From NCBI GenBank assembly GCA_965662045.1, contig CBFIGE010000008.1, positions 33,291-97,290 on the forward strand: 64,000 nt of DNA, written 5' to 3'. Both the position numbers and the translations under genes were made by a program. Of this stretch, positions 1 to 10,652 are shown one piece after another (the first letter of the stretch is position 1; the number at the start of each line of letters is the position of its first letter). The notes beneath the pieces are model-generated. The model was not told the DNA's origin, made no database searches, and worked only from the letters and a program-made list of their open reading frames with translations. This DNA comes from Flavobacteriaceae bacterium (GTDB taxonomy: Bacteria > Bacteroidota > Bacteroidia > Flavobacteriales > Flavobacteriaceae).

Positions 1-837
1 AATCAATTACAAATTCCAAACGTACAAATTGGTAATCACTCTTTAAACGTAAAAATTTATGCCTCGAATGAATTACATGAATTGAGAAAAAAAATCAGAA
101 TATTATCTAATAAACCAGCAAAACTATGGACTTACCAAGTGATAACCTCATATAATCACGACACTGATAGATATACTCAGGGCTTAGAGTTTGTTGGTGA
201 CACCTTATATGAAAGTACTGGAAAGGTAGGTAGTTCTTACATCTTTGCCTACAATCCATTTACAGGAGAATCCTTTCAAAAACAGGAACTTCAACCTCCT
301 TTTTTTGGAGAAGGTATAACGCTATGGAACAATCGTTTGATTCAGCTAACTTGGAAAGGATCTAAAGGCTTTACGTACGATAAAAACACCCTTAAACCCA
401 TCGGTGATTTTAGTTATAATCAAAGTAATGAGGGATGGGGGTTGAGTCATGATCAAGACTATATTTATAAGAGTGACGGGACTGAAAAAATTTGGAAATT
501 GTCTCCTGAAACTTTAGAAGAACAAGGCTTCATACAGTTAGGGACAAATAAATCACTCTTTAAAAACGCCAACGAACTTGAAATTGTCGGTGATAAAATT
601 TTCGCCAATGTCTACTTAAAAGAAAGCGTGATGGTGATTGCGAAAAATACAGGTGTTATTGAGGGCATTCTCAATTTTTCTGATTTAAAAAAAGAAATAA
701 CCAAAGATGAAAATTGGGATGAAAATAATTCTGTACTAAACGGTATTGCCTACCACAATGAGCGTAAAAGCTTTTTCATTACAGGTAAAAACTGGAATAA
801 AATCTTTGAGGTGCGTATTTCTCCTCCTTCGAAATAA
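1..837 (+). CDS. glutamine cyclotransferase (beta-propeller bacterial/plant-type glutaminyl cyclase); 5' end probably off-window
   Basis: Track ORF 82..837. The translation shows the family pattern YTQGLEF..DTLYESTG, FGEGITLW, LIQLTWK..GFTYD, EGWGLSHD and LNGIAYH. The same frame is stop-free back to base 1 and codon 82 is only a TTG, so the real start may lie upstream of the window. Confidence 0.7.
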   Translation, partial: NQLQIPNVQIGNHSLNVKIYASNELHELRKKIRILSNKPAKLWTYQVITSYNHDTDRYTQGLEFVGDTLYESTGKVGSSYIFAYNPFTGESFQKQELQPPFFGEGITLWNNRLIQLTWKGSKGFTYDKNTLKPIGDFSYNQSNEGWGLSHDQDYIYKSDGTEKIWKLSPETLEEQGFIQLGTNKSLFKNANELEIVGDKIFANVYLKESVMVIAKNTGVIEGILNFSDLKKEITKDENWDENNSVLNGIAYHNERKSFFITGKNWNKIFEVRISPPSK

Positions 838-848
838 AGAATTCAGTA

Positions 849-2135
849 TTATACTAACTCTGTGTATTGAAACAAAGGTCTTGATTGCATTAATTCATTA
901 ACCTCGGCACGAACGGCAGCAATAGATGACTCGTCATTAGAGCCCATCAACACGCGATCTATCAGATCAGCAATAGTTTTCATGTCGTCTTCAACTAAAC
1001 CTCTTGTAGTAACAGCTGGGGTTCCCAAACGAATTCCAGAAGTAACAAACGGAGACTTATCATCAAACGGAACCATATTTTTATTAGCCGTAATATCCGC
1101 TAATTCAAGTACTTTTTCAGCATCTTTACCCGTGATATCCTTGTTTCTCAAATCAATAAGAATCATATGATTATCTGTTCCTCCAGAAATAATGTGGTAT
1201 CCTTTTGCGATAAGAGCCTGACCTAGAGCGTCTGCATTCTTTTTAACCTGAACCATATAATGCAAGAAATGGTCTTCTAAAGCTTCTCCAAAGGCCACAG
1301 CTTTACCTGCGATAACATGTTCTAAAGGCCCTCCCTGATTTCCTGGAAATACTGCTAAATCAACTAATGATGACATCTTGCGCACAGTTCCATTTTTAAG
1401 TTTGATACCCATTGGGTTTTCAAAGTCTTCTCCCATTAAAATCAAGCCTCCCCGAGGTCCTCTCAAGGTTTTGTGAGTAGTTGTAGTAACGAAATGACAA
1501 TGCGGGATAGGATCGTTTAAAATACCTTTGGCAATCAAGCCAGAGGGGTGAGATATATCAGCCATAAGTAAAGCTCCCACTCCGTCAGCAATCTGACGAA
1601 ACTTTTCAAAATCCATATCCCTTGAATACGCAGAAGCTCCAGCAATAATTAATTTTGGTCTCTCTTTTTTGGCAATTTCTTCTATAGTATTGTAATTTAA
1701 AAGACCAGAATCTTTGTCCACTCCGTAAAAAACAGGTTTGTACAAACGTCCAGAAAAATTAACGGGAGATCCATGTGTGAGGTGACCTCCATGAGATAAG
1801 TCAAATCCCATAATGGTATCTCCAGGGTTTAAAGCCGCATGAAAAAGAGAAGCATTAGCCTGCGAACCAGAATGAGGTTGAACATTTGCATATACCGCTC
1901 CAAAGAGTTGTTTTGCTCTTTCAATTGCAAGATTTTCGACCTTATCTACCTCTTCACAGCCACCGTAATACCTCTTTCCAGGATATCCTTCAGCATATTT
2001 GTTGGTCAAAACAGAACCAGTCGCTTCCATGACCGCCTCAGAGGTGAAGTTTTCTGAAGCAATTAATTCAACTCCTCTTAATTGTCTGTTTTTTTCGCTC
2101 TCAATTAGAGAAAATAACTCTTGATCCCTATTCAT
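849..2135 (-). CDS. glyA: serine hydroxymethyltransferase
   Basis: 428 aa. Motifs seen: [21 protein letters not shown] and the PLP-lysine motif [14 protein letters not shown]. Confidence 0.97.
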   Translation of the reverse strand: MNRDQELFSLIESEKNRQLRGVELIASENFTSEAVMEATGSVLTNKYAEGYPGKRYYGGCEEVDKVENLAIERAKQLFGAVYANVQPHSGSQANASLFHAALNPGDTIMGFDLSHGGHLTHGSPVNFSGRLYKPVFYGVDKDSGLLNYNTIEEIAKKERPKLIIAGASAYSRDMDFEKFRQIADGVGALLMADISHPSGLIAKGILNDPIPHCHFVTTTTHKTLRGPRGGLILMGEDFENPMGIKLKNGTVRKMSSLVDLAVFPGNQGGPLEHVIAGKAVAFGEALEDHFLHYMVQVKKNADALGQALIAKGYHIISGGTDNHMILIDLRNKDITGKDAEKVLELADITANKNMVPFDDKSPFVTSGIRLGTPAVTTRGLVEDDMKTIADLIDRVLMGSNDESSIAAVRAEVNELMQSRPLFQYTELV

Positions 2136-2212
2136 GTCGTTTTATTTTCGACAAAAGTACATTCTAATTTGGTAGTAGGTTGATTTTGTTTAGACCCTAA
2201 ATTCACAATTTA

Positions 2213-2569
2213 TCAACACAAAAGCTGGGTTACATTTAATTGTAAAATATCTCCATGAGAAGCGTGGTCTGCGACTTTCCCATTTTTGAGAACGAGTACT
2301 TGAGGTGACTGGTGTGGAATGTCTAGTACACGTGCTAATTCATTAGATAAAGAACGCTTATCAAATACGTTGATGAGTACAAAATCGAAAGAACAATCCA
2401 CGTTTTCTAGCATTTGTTTAAATTCTCGTAATACCCAAGTGCTTGTTCCACATTTATGAGAGTGCTTAAACAAAACTTGGGGTCGCTGATAAGAGAGTTC
2501 AGCGTACTCTTTATGAAGATCATTTGAATGCTCCAATTCCTCTTCTTTCTTCTTAAAAAACCAACCCAT
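2213..2569 (-). CDS. YtxJ-like thioredoxin-fold protein (DUF2847, bacillithiol-system type)
   Basis: 118 aa. VLFKHSHKCGTS matches the YtxJ KHSTxCPIS-type monothiol motif. SPQVLVLKNGKV..ASHGDI matches the YtxJ C-terminal pattern. Confidence 0.7.
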   Translation of the reverse strand: MGWFFKKKEEELEHSNDLHKEYAELSYQRPQVLFKHSHKCGTSTWVLREFKQMLENVDCSFDFVLINVFDKRSLSNELARVLDIPHQSPQVLVLKNGKVADHASHGDILQLNVTQLLC

Positions 2570-2676
2570 AGTGTCAAAATGTCTTAAAATTTCAATTAAA
2601 TACTGACAAAAAGTCTTCTTTTGAGTATAATCTCAAAATGGAATTCTTTTTGATTTTATTGGTATAAAAAACTTTT

Positions 2677-5250
2677 ATGAATGCACAATCGTTTACACCA
2701 AAAGTTCAACATATTATAAGTGAAGCACAAATCATAACGCAATCCTATGACCATAAACTCACCGAACCACAACACTTGTTTTTAGCTATGTATGAACAGG
2801 AATACGAAGTTCTTGAATTAAATCTCAAAAAAGAAATAATTGAACAAGGTATTCAAGCTATTAAATATGATCTTCAATCAAGACCCCAATCTAATTCAGC
2901 AGAGATACAATTCTCCAATGAATCGGTACAAGTCCTTCAAAAGGCTATGGCTCATGCTCGAAAAAAAAATCAAGATCAGGTAAATCTACTTTCTTTTTTC
3001 ATTGCGCTACTCAGCTATAGTGAGCGTTTAAAAACAATCTTGAGCAAACTTGGAGTCAATTTTAACACACTAGAAAAAAAGATGATAGAAAAAGAAACCA
3101 ATACCCCTAAGTCAGAAAAAACTTACACTCAACTCAGTAGATTTGCCAACGACCTAAATGCACTTGTGGATTCGGGCAAATTGGATCCCATAATTGGCAG
3201 AGAAGAAGAAATCAGGCGTGTTTTGCAGATCTTATCTAGACGAACTAAAAATAACCCTATTTTAATTGGAGCTCCAGGCGTAGGTAAAACAGCCATCGCT
3301 GAAGGACTTGCCCAACGCATTGTAAATGGTGATGTTCCGGAAAATTTAAAAAGTAAGAAAGTTTATGCCCTTGATATGGGCGCTTTAATTGCTGGTGCCA
3401 AATACAAGGGAGAATTCGAAGAGCGCTTAAAAGCCGTTATTAAAGAAGTCTCTGAGCATTCAGGAGAAATTATCCTATTTATAGACGAAATACACACCCT
3501 AGTTGGCGCAGGAGGAGGTCAAGGTGCGATGGACGCCGCTAACATACTCAAACCTGCCCTTGCCCGAGGCGAATTAAGAGCTATTGGCGCCACGACCCTA
3601 GATGAATACCAAAAATATTTTGAAAAAGACAAAGCTCTAGAGCGCCGATTTCAAAAGGTAATTGTAAATCAACCCAATAGGGAAAGTGCAATTTCAATTC
3701 TTCGCGGTATTAAAGAAAAATATGAGACTCATCACGAGGTCAGAATCAAAGATGATGCCCTAATCGCGGCCGTAGACTTCTCATCAAGATATATTTCAGA
3801 CCGTTTTTTGCCAGATAAAGCTATTGATTTGATGGATGAGGCTGCCTCGAAAATTCGAATGGAAATCAATTCAAAACCCGAAGAACTAGACAATTTAGAT
3901 CGAAAAATTACACAAATTGAAATTGAAATACAGGCGCTTAAAAAGGAAAAAGATGAGCAAAAAACTAAACTGCTCAGCACTGAACTAGCAGAAATACAAG
4001 AAAAAAGAATGTTATTATTCACTAAGTGGAGCAGTGAGCGCGACAAAATTGATCAAATTCAAAGTGCCAAGAAAGAGCTCGAAAAATTGAGAGTTGAAGC
4101 AGAAAAATCGGAGCGAGAAGGCGATTACGAAAGAGTTGCAAAAATAAGGTACGGTACCTCCAAAGAATTGGAAGTCAAATTAAATAATCTTCAACTCGAT
4201 GTTGACAGTAATCAAGAAAAAAACATCATCAAAGAAGAAGTGAATAGTGAGGATATCGCGGAAATCGTCTCGAAATGGACAGGTATTCCAGTACATAAAT
4301 TAATGTCAAGTGAAATAGAAAAATTACTTCACCTTGAAGCGCACTTAAATAAAAAGTTAATTGGACAAAAACATGCAATCGAAGCTGTTTCTGAAGCAAT
4401 CAGACGTAACAAAGCTGGTCTCAATCCTGTAGATAAGCCTATAGGATCATTTCTTTTTATAGGACCAACCGGTGTGGGCAAAACAGAATTATCTAAAACA
4501 CTAGCCTCTTATTTATTTAATAATAAAAATGCCCTTACGCGTATCGATATGAGTGAATACCAGGAAAGGCATAGCGTAAGTCGTCTTATTGGGGCACCTC
4601 CTGGATACGTGGGTTACGATGAAGGTGGCCAACTGACCGAAGCAGTGCGACGCAGACCATATTCCATCGTATTGCTAGACGAAATTGAAAAAGCCCATCC
4701 TGATACCTTTAATATTTTACTTCAAGTTTTAGATGAAGGTCACCTCACAGACAGCCAGGGAAGATTCATTGATTTTAAAAACACTATCGTTATTATGACC
4801 TCTAATATCGGTTCAAATTATTGGAGCGCCTTATCAGATGAAAACTCCTTTAATACAGAAGAGGTCAAAATGATTCAAAATAAAGTTCAAAATGAGCTAA
4901 AGCAACACATGAAACCTGAGTTTTTAAATAGAATTGATGAAATAACGCTTTTTACACCCTTAACACCTGCGGACATCTCAGTGATTACAAACCTTCAATT
5001 AGAAGAACTTGTTCAAACCTTAAAAGAAAAGGGGATCGATATGCAATTTACAGAAGAGGCCGTTACTTTTCTGAGTGAACAGGGATATGACATGCAATAC
5101 GGAGCAAGGCCACTAAAACGAATTATTCAAAGGGAAGTGCTTAGTCCTCTTTCAAAAAAAATTCTTTCTGGCGATATAAAATCAAATGGAGGCTTAATTT
5201 TAGATAACTTTGATAACCGATTGGTATTTAGAACTCAAATCTCTAGTTAG
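2677..5250 (+). CDS. clpB: ATP-dependent chaperone ClpB
   Basis: 857 aa. Two AAA+ modules with Walker A GAPGVGKT and GPTGVGKT, a long coiled-coil middle domain between them, and a Clp N-domain. Confidence 0.96.
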   Translation: MNAQSFTPKVQHIISEAQIITQSYDHKLTEPQHLFLAMYEQEYEVLELNLKKEIIEQGIQAIKYDLQSRPQSNSAEIQFSNESVQVLQKAMAHARKKNQDQVNLLSFFIALLSYSERLKTILSKLGVNFNTLEKKMIEKETNTPKSEKTYTQLSRFANDLNALVDSGKLDPIIGREEEIRRVLQILSRRTKNNPILIGAPGVGKTAIAEGLAQRIVNGDVPENLKSKKVYALDMGALIAGAKYKGEFEERLKAVIKEVSEHSGEIILFIDEIHTLVGAGGGQGAMDAANILKPALARGELRAIGATTLDEYQKYFEKDKALERRFQKVIVNQPNRESAISILRGIKEKYETHHEVRIKDDALIAAVDFSSRYISDRFLPDKAIDLMDEAASKIRMEINSKPEELDNLDRKITQIEIEIQALKKEKDEQKTKLLSTELAEIQEKRMLLFTKWSSERDKIDQIQSAKKELEKLRVEAEKSEREGDYERVAKIRYGTSKELEVKLNNLQLDVDSNQEKNIIKEEVNSEDIAEIVSKWTGIPVHKLMSSEIEKLLHLEAHLNKKLIGQKHAIEAVSEAIRRNKAGLNPVDKPIGSFLFIGPTGVGKTELSKTLASYLFNNKNALTRIDMSEYQERHSVSRLIGAPPGYVGYDEGGQLTEAVRRRPYSIVLLDEIEKAHPDTFNILLQVLDEGHLTDSQGRFIDFKNTIVIMTSNIGSNYWSALSDENSFNTEEVKMIQNKVQNELKQHMKPEFLNRIDEITLFTPLTPADISVITNLQLEELVQTLKEKGIDMQFTEEAVTFLSEQGYDMQYGARPLKRIIQREVLSPLSKKILSGDIKSNGGLILDNFDNRLVFRTQISS

Positions 5251-5253
5251 TCC

Positions 5254-5856
5254 ATGCAAATAAGTAAATCCTTAAAAACAAAACAGTTCATTTTAGAAAC
5301 CGTAGCTCCTCTTTTTAATAAATACGGATATCACGGTACGAGTTTAAGTGCAATTACCGAGGCAACAGGTTTAACAAAAGGAGCACTTTACGGGAATTTT
5401 GAAAACAAGGAAGAACTAGCCCTCTCCGCCTTTGAATACTCCAAGAACATATTACTCAAACATATTATTAATGCCTTACAAGAAGGTGAAAATTCAATAT
5501 CTAGAATGTTTTCACTGATCAATTTTTACAAATCGTATGATTTAATAATAGAAGAGTTAGGGGGATGTCCTATTGTAAGTGCTGGGGTGGATGTCAAACA
5601 TAACAACTTTACACTATCACAAGCAATTAAAGAAGTTCATCATTCCATCGAAGGGCATATTGCTCATGTAATTGAGCAAGGTCAAATCAAGGATGAATTC
5701 AAATTGAAATTGCCAGCAATACAATACGCGAAGCAATTTTACACGATTTTAAATGGAGGTGTAGTTTCTAGCATTATAACTTCAGATCCAAAATACTTTA
5801 AGAATTCCGCTCAATATTTGGAATATCTTATTCAAATCGAATTCGCAAAAAAATAA
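5254..5856 (+). CDS. TetR/AcrR family transcriptional regulator
   Basis: 200 aa. N-terminal HTH GYHGTSLSAITEATGLTKGALYGNFENKEEL. Starts 3 nt after the clpB stop. Confidence 0.85.
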   Translation: MQISKSLKTKQFILETVAPLFNKYGYHGTSLSAITEATGLTKGALYGNFENKEELALSAFEYSKNILLKHIINALQEGENSISRMFSLINFYKSYDLIIEELGGCPIVSAGVDVKHNNFTLSQAIKEVHHSIEGHIAHVIEQGQIKDEFKLKLPAIQYAKQFYTILNGGVVSSIITSDPKYFKNSAQYLEYLIQIEFAKK

Positions 5857-5887
5857 CTAGGGCTTAAATAACAGCTTAGCAGTATTC

Positions 5888-6349
5888 ATGGGCATTCAAC
5901 AAGTAAATATCAAAAATAAACGGGCGAGATTTGAATACGAGATACTTGATACTTATGAAGCTGGAATTGTACTTGCAGGTACTGAAATTAAATCTATTCG
6001 CCTGAGTAAAGCCAACATATCAAATAGTTTTTGTGAATTCAATCAAAACACTGAACTTTTTGTAGTCAATATGCAAGTAGATGAATATTCCCACGGCAAT
6101 CATTACAATCATCAGCCAAAAGCAGTAAGAAAGCTGCTACTGCAAAAAAGAGAACTCAGAAAATTACACAAAGAAGTGTCTCAAAAAGGTATAGCGATTA
6201 TACCTTTGAGATTATACCTGAACGAAAAAGGTTTAGCTAAACTGCAAATCGCACTAGCAAAAGGAAAAAAATTATACGATAAGAGAGAAACCATAAAAGA
6301 TAGAGATAACAAACGAACACTTGATCGCATCAAGAAAAAGGAAGTTTAG
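5888..6349 (+). CDS. smpB: SsrA-binding protein SmpB
   Basis: 153 aa. Motifs NKRARFEYEI, GTEIKSIR and a basic C-terminal tail. Confidence 0.95.
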   Translation: MGIQQVNIKNKRARFEYEILDTYEAGIVLAGTEIKSIRLSKANISNSFCEFNQNTELFVVNMQVDEYSHGNHYNHQPKAVRKLLLQKRELRKLHKEVSQKGIAIIPLRLYLNEKGLAKLQIALAKGKKLYDKRETIKDRDNKRTLDRIKKKEV

Positions 6350-7026
6350 TTCAAGCCTTCTTTGTCTTCTAATAATGGCACAAAACGGAATTCACCATGA
6401 AGACTTTTGGTGAATTTTGAAGCCGCGGTTTTAATATATCTGTGCATAAGCTGTGTATTTCCTTCTCCAACTGGAATGACCAATCTCCCTCTTAGTTTTA
6501 GCTGCTTTAGCAAGGCTTCGGGAAGCTGAGGAGCACCGGCAGTAACGATAACTCCATCAAAAGGAGCCTGTTCAGAATAACCAACATATCCGTCTCCAAA
6601 GATCATTTTTTTTGGTCTATAAGGCATTTGTTGAAAAAATAGCTTTGTTTTCTTGAACAATTCTAATTGCCGTTCAATAGTATATACCTTTGCCCCTAAT
6701 GCAATGAGGACGGCTGTTTGATAACCACATCCTGTCCCAACTTCTAAAATTTTATCTCCAGTTTTTACATCCAATAATGAACTTTGGATGGCTACTGTGT
6801 AAGGCTGAGAAATGGTTTGATTTGCTCCAATGGGAAAAGCCTTATCTTGATAAGCATGGGCCTCGAAACTACTATCTAAATAAAGGTGGCGTGGAACCTT
6901 AGCAATCGCTCTTAAAACATTCTCATCTGTAATCCCTTTAGTCTTAAGTTCTGTAACTAAATGATTACGCATTCCCTGATGTTTTAATTCGTCTTTTCTC
7001 AGCATTTCATAAAATGTGTGCGACAA
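6346..7026 (-). CDS. pcm: protein-L-isoaspartate O-methyltransferase
   Basis: 226 aa. Motifs TISQPY, SAM motif ILEVGTGCGYQTAVL, and DGVIVTAGAP. Confidence 0.9.
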   Translation of the reverse strand: MSHTFYEMLRKDELKHQGMRNHLVTELKTKGITDENVLRAIAKVPRHLYLDSSFEAHAYQDKAFPIGANQTISQPYTVAIQSSLLDVKTGDKILEVGTGCGYQTAVLIALGAKVYTIERQLELFKKTKLFFQQMPYRPKKMIFGDGYVGYSEQAPFDGVIVTAGAPQLPEALLKQLKLRGRLVIPVGEGNTQLMHRYIKTAASKFTKSLHGEFRFVPLLEDKEGLN

Positions 7027-7080
7027 AATTAAACATTGTTAACTCTACTTATATGGCTATTTTTGCAGAAAAATAATTCT

Positions 7081-8073
7081 ATGTTAAAAGCAGGTGTTTT
7101 TGGAGCAGGTCATTTAGGAAAGATTCATTTAAAATTATTACGGGAATCTTCTAAATATGAGTTAGTTGGATTCTTTGACAATAATGAAACACATGCAATT
7201 GAAGTTCAAGAAACCTTAGGATATAAATTTTATTCATCACAAGAAGCACTTTTAAACGAAATTGATGTTGCTGTTATAGTAACTCCAACACTCACTCATT
7301 TTGACATTGCGAAAAAAGCACTTGAATTCAAAAAACACCTCTTTATAGAAAAACCGATAACACTAAATCTAGAGCAAGCCGAAGAGTTGATGGCACTAGC
7401 CAAAGAAAACGGCGTTATAGGGGCTGTAGGACATGTTGAAAGATATAATCCCGCATTAAAATCAGTCAAAGATATTATCGATAATCCGATGTTTATTGAG
7501 ACGCATCGACTCTCTGAATTCAATCCGAGAGGAACAGATGTATCTGTAGTAATGGATCTAATGATTCACGATATCGAAATCGTTTTGAGTATGATATCAT
7601 CAAGTTTAGCCGAAGTACATGCAAGCGGAGCCTGCGTGCTCTCTCAGTCTCCAGATATTGCGAATGCTAGATTAGTATTTGAAAATAAATCTGTTGTTAA
7701 TTTAACCGCAAGCAGAATATCTTTAAAAAATATGCGAAAAACCAGGGTTTTTCAAAAAGATGCGTATATCAGTATTGATTTTTTAGAAAAAGAAAGTGAG
7801 ATCGTTAAAATTGATAGTCCAAAGGCTGAAGAGGCAATTGATCCTTATCAAATGACCTTGACTAATGCCGAAGGTGAAACAAAAATTTTACATTTCGAAA
7901 AACCAAAAACAGAAATGAACAATGCCATACTCGATGAACTTGAAAATTTAGCCGAGGCGATTCATCTAGAGCGTTCACCCGAAGTAACTTTAGAGGATGG
8001 TACCAAGGCGCTAAAAGTGGCTTTAGAAATTGTTTCGAAAATAAAAAGTCAATTGAACTATTTAGGAAATTAA
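7081..8073 (+). CDS. Gfo/Idh/MocA family oxidoreductase
   Basis: Track ORF 7036..8073. The ATG at 7081 gives MLKAGVFGAGHLGKIH, a Rossmann GxGxxG right at the N-terminus. EKP motif present as FIEKPIT. Confidence 0.8.
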   Translation: MLKAGVFGAGHLGKIHLKLLRESSKYELVGFFDNNETHAIEVQETLGYKFYSSQEALLNEIDVAVIVTPTLTHFDIAKKALEFKKHLFIEKPITLNLEQAEELMALAKENGVIGAVGHVERYNPALKSVKDIIDNPMFIETHRLSEFNPRGTDVSVVMDLMIHDIEIVLSMISSSLAEVHASGACVLSQSPDIANARLVFENKSVVNLTASRISLKNMRKTRVFQKDAYISIDFLEKESEIVKIDSPKAEEAIDPYQMTLTNAEGETKILHFEKPKTEMNNAILDELENLAEAIHLERSPEVTLEDGTKALKVALEIVSKIKSQLNYLGN

Positions 8074-8105
8074 ATCCCATCAAGTAATTTTATATTTTTT
8101 CAAAA

Positions 8106-8762
8106 ATGGGCATACGCGAAAATTTAGCAAAAATCATTACTGAAATCCCTGAACAGGTTTCTTTAGTCGCTGTATCTAAAACCAAACCTGTTGATGCTTT
8201 AAAAGAAGCTTATGAAGGTGGTCAGCGCATCTTTGGAGAAAATAAGGTGCAGGAGTTAATCGAGAAGCACACTCAATTACCCAATGATGTGCAGTGGCAT
8301 ATGATAGGTCACCTGCAGCGCAACAAGGTTAAATATATTGCACCTTTTATTTCTTTAATTCACTCGGTGGATAGTTTAAGACTTCTTAAAGAAATAAATA
8401 AACAAGGAAGTAAGTTAAACCTAAAAATAAATTGCCTTTTACAAATTCACATTGCGCAAGAAGAACACAAATTTGGCTTGTCCGCTAACGAATTAGATGA
8501 AATACTTTCGTCAAGTGATGCATTCGAATTTGTGAATATCAAAGGCTTAATGGGAATGGCTTCTTTTACCAACGACCAAGACCAATTAAAGTCGGAGTTC
8601 ACATATTTGGCTCAACTCTTTAAAGAAAAAGCAATAGATTTCGAAAATCTAGAAATTTTGTCCATGGGTATGAGTGGAGACTATCAGCTCGCCATTGATT
8701 GTGGGAGTAATATGATCAGAGTGGGTAGTCGTATATTCGGGGCAAGAAATTATCATCATTGA
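8106..8762 (+). CDS. yggS: YggS family pyridoxal-phosphate homeostasis protein
   Basis: 218 aa. Motifs VAVSKTKP (PLP lysine), HMIGHLQRNK and MGMSGDY..A...G...IRVG. Confidence 0.9.
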   Translation: MGIRENLAKIITEIPEQVSLVAVSKTKPVDALKEAYEGGQRIFGENKVQELIEKHTQLPNDVQWHMIGHLQRNKVKYIAPFISLIHSVDSLRLLKEINKQGSKLNLKINCLLQIHIAQEEHKFGLSANELDEILSSSDAFEFVNIKGLMGMASFTNDQDQLKSEFTYLAQLFKEKAIDFENLEILSMGMSGDYQLAIDCGSNMIRVGSRIFGARNYHH

Positions 8763-9868
8763 ATCGTTATTTTGCCATATTAGATATCGAATCCACTGGA
8801 GGAGCCTATAATGAAGAAGGGATAACTGAAATTGCTATTCACAAGTTTGACGGAAGCCAGGAAATCGATTACTTTCAATCGCTCATCAATCCAGAAAGGG
8901 AAATACAGGAGTTTGTTGTTAAACTGACAGGGATTTCAAATAAAATGCTCAAAAATGCACCCAGATTTTACGAGGTAGCCAAACGCATCATTGAAATTAC
9001 CAAAGACTGCATTATTGTTGCTCATAATACGAGTTTTGATTATCGAATTTTAAAGTTAGAGTTCGATAGACTTGGTTATGATTTTACAAAAGAGACCTTA
9101 TGTACTGTTGAATTGTCGCAAAAGTTAATTCCAGAGGCCAATTCTCACAGTCTAGGTAAATTAGTAAAGGCATTAGGGATAGCAGTGAGCAATCGACATA
9201 GAGCTTCTGGAGACGCCCAAGCGACACTCGAATTGTTTAAAATTTTACTTCAGAAAGATACAACCCAGGAAATTTCAAAATCTCTAATCAAGAAAAACGA
9301 GCATTTTCATTTGAGCCAAAAGCAAATAGATCTTATAAATAATCTCAGTGAAAAAGCAGGTGTTTTCTATTTATATGGCAAAGACGAGAATTTGCTCTAC
9401 ATTGGGCAAAGTAAAAACATCAAAACAACACTAAGTAAGAAGTTTGCTTCAAAATCAAAAAAAGATGTGTCTTTGCAAAAGAAAACAAAGCATATCATAG
9501 AACAACTCATTCCAAATGAGTTGTTTCGAAATATCAAATTTATTCATGAAACAAATGGTCGATTTAGTTTAAGTGCAGTAAAAAAAAGTAAATTTGATAA
9601 CGTCAAAATTCGACTACTAAACAAGCACGAGAGTTTTTTAGTCATAGAGAAAGAAAATACCTCTGCTCAGAATTATATCTATTTTATTGAAAATGGAGGA
9701 CTGAGTTACTATGGCACCTGTAAATTGAATTATCAAATCAGTAAAATTGAGATTCTTAAGAAAAATTTGATTAAAATTGAGCAATACAGAGAGATATATG
9801 GTCAGCTCATCGAACAAAAATTCAAAGAAAATCCAGAAAAATTCGAAATTCAACTTTTTGAAAATTAG
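8759..9868 (+). CDS. DnaQ-like 3'-5' exonuclease fused to a GIY-YIG nuclease domain
   Basis: 369 aa. ExoI motif ILDIESTGG, ExoII VAHNTSFDYRIL, ExoIII HRASGDAQAT, then a GIY-YIG-like GVFYLYGKDENLLYIGQSKNIKTTL. The TTG start overlaps the yggS stop. Confidence 0.75.
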   Translation: MNRYFAILDIESTGGAYNEEGITEIAIHKFDGSQEIDYFQSLINPEREIQEFVVKLTGISNKMLKNAPRFYEVAKRIIEITKDCIIVAHNTSFDYRILKLEFDRLGYDFTKETLCTVELSQKLIPEANSHSLGKLVKALGIAVSNRHRASGDAQATLELFKILLQKDTTQEISKSLIKKNEHFHLSQKQIDLINNLSEKAGVFYLYGKDENLLYIGQSKNIKTTLSKKFASKSKKDVSLQKKTKHIIEQLIPNELFRNIKFIHETNGRFSLSAVKKSKFDNVKIRLLNKHESFLVIEKENTSAQNYIYFIENGGLSYYGTCKLNYQISKIEILKKNLIKIEQYREIYGQLIEQKFKENPEKFEIQLFEN

Positions 9869-10652
9869 AGAAAAAATACACGAAGTAATATTTGAGGCTG
9901 ACACTCCCTTAGGCAGATTATTCGACATTGTATTAATCATATTGATTCTCAGTAGTCTTGTTACTGTGATGTTAGAGAGTGTTGAAAGCATCAACGCACA
10001 ATTCCAAGATATTTTTAAAGTCATTGAGTGGAGCATCACTGTATTTTTTAGTGTTGAATATGTTTTAAGAATCGTTTCAGTTAAAAAACCAAAAGCCTAC
10101 ATCTTCAGTTTTTATGGTATTATTGACTTACTTGCTACCCTACCCCTTTATATCTCTCTATTCACAACTGGGTATCACGCCTTGATTACAGTTCGCACAC
10201 TTAGGCTTTTGCGAATCTTTAGAATTCTTAAAATTGTACAATTTACAAGCGCCGCATCACATCTTGGCCAAGCCCTGAGAGCCAGCAGAATCAAAATTCT
10301 AGTTTTTATATATACAGTATGTATTTTGGCAATTTTATTAGGTACTTTGATGTATATCATAGAACCAGAAAGCTCAGGTTTTAGCAGTATACCAAGATCA
10401 ATCTATTGGACCATAGTCACTTTAACGACGGTAGGTTATGGCGATATAGCTCCTCAAACCCCTCTAGGACAATTCATTGCAACTATGGTCATGATCTTAG
10501 GATACGGTATTATTGCTGTACCTACAGGAATCGTAACTGCCTCTCTGAATCAGAAATTTAGCAAACAAAACACCCAAGCCTGCAGAAACTGCAGTGTGGA
10601 AGGTCATGAAGATGATGCACAATTCTGCTTTAAATGCGGAGATGAATTATGA
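9777..10652 (+). CDS. voltage-gated (6-TM) potassium channel with a C-terminal zinc ribbon
   Basis: S4-like RTLRLLRIFRILKIV with a basic residue every third position. K+ selectivity filter TTVGYGD. C-terminal CRNC..x13..CFKC. The 5' end overlaps the upstream gene by about 90 nt, so an in-frame TTG at 9858 is a likelier start. Confidence 0.85.
   Translation: MSNTERYMVSSSNKNSKKIQKNSKFNFLKIREKIHEVIFEADTPLGRLFDIVLIILILSSLVTVMLESVESINAQFQDIFKVIEWSITVFFSVEYVLRIVSVKKPKAYIFSFYGIIDLLATLPLYISLFTTGYHALITVRTLRLLRIFRILKIVQFTSAASHLGQALRASRIKILVFIYTVCILAILLGTLMYIIEPESSGFSSIPRSIYWTIVTLTTVGYGDIAPQTPLGQFIATMVMILGYGIIAVPTGIVTASLNQKFSKQNTQACRNCSVEGHEDDAQFCFKCGDEL

Noticed and set aside
3732-4046. 104-aa minus-strand ORF (plus 3129..3320) inside clpB. 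Similar antisense ORFs occur in glyA, htrA, icd, dapF, ligA, coaBC, GT2, dnaA and miaA.
   Set aside because: All are nested antisense to, or out of frame with, genes carrying unmistakable family motifs. They are Ser/Leu-rich shadow frames typical of AT-rich DNA.
9638-10039. 133-aa minus-strand ORF spanning the exonuclease / K+ channel junction
   Set aside because: It is antisense to two well-supported genes and has a low-complexity sequence with no motif.
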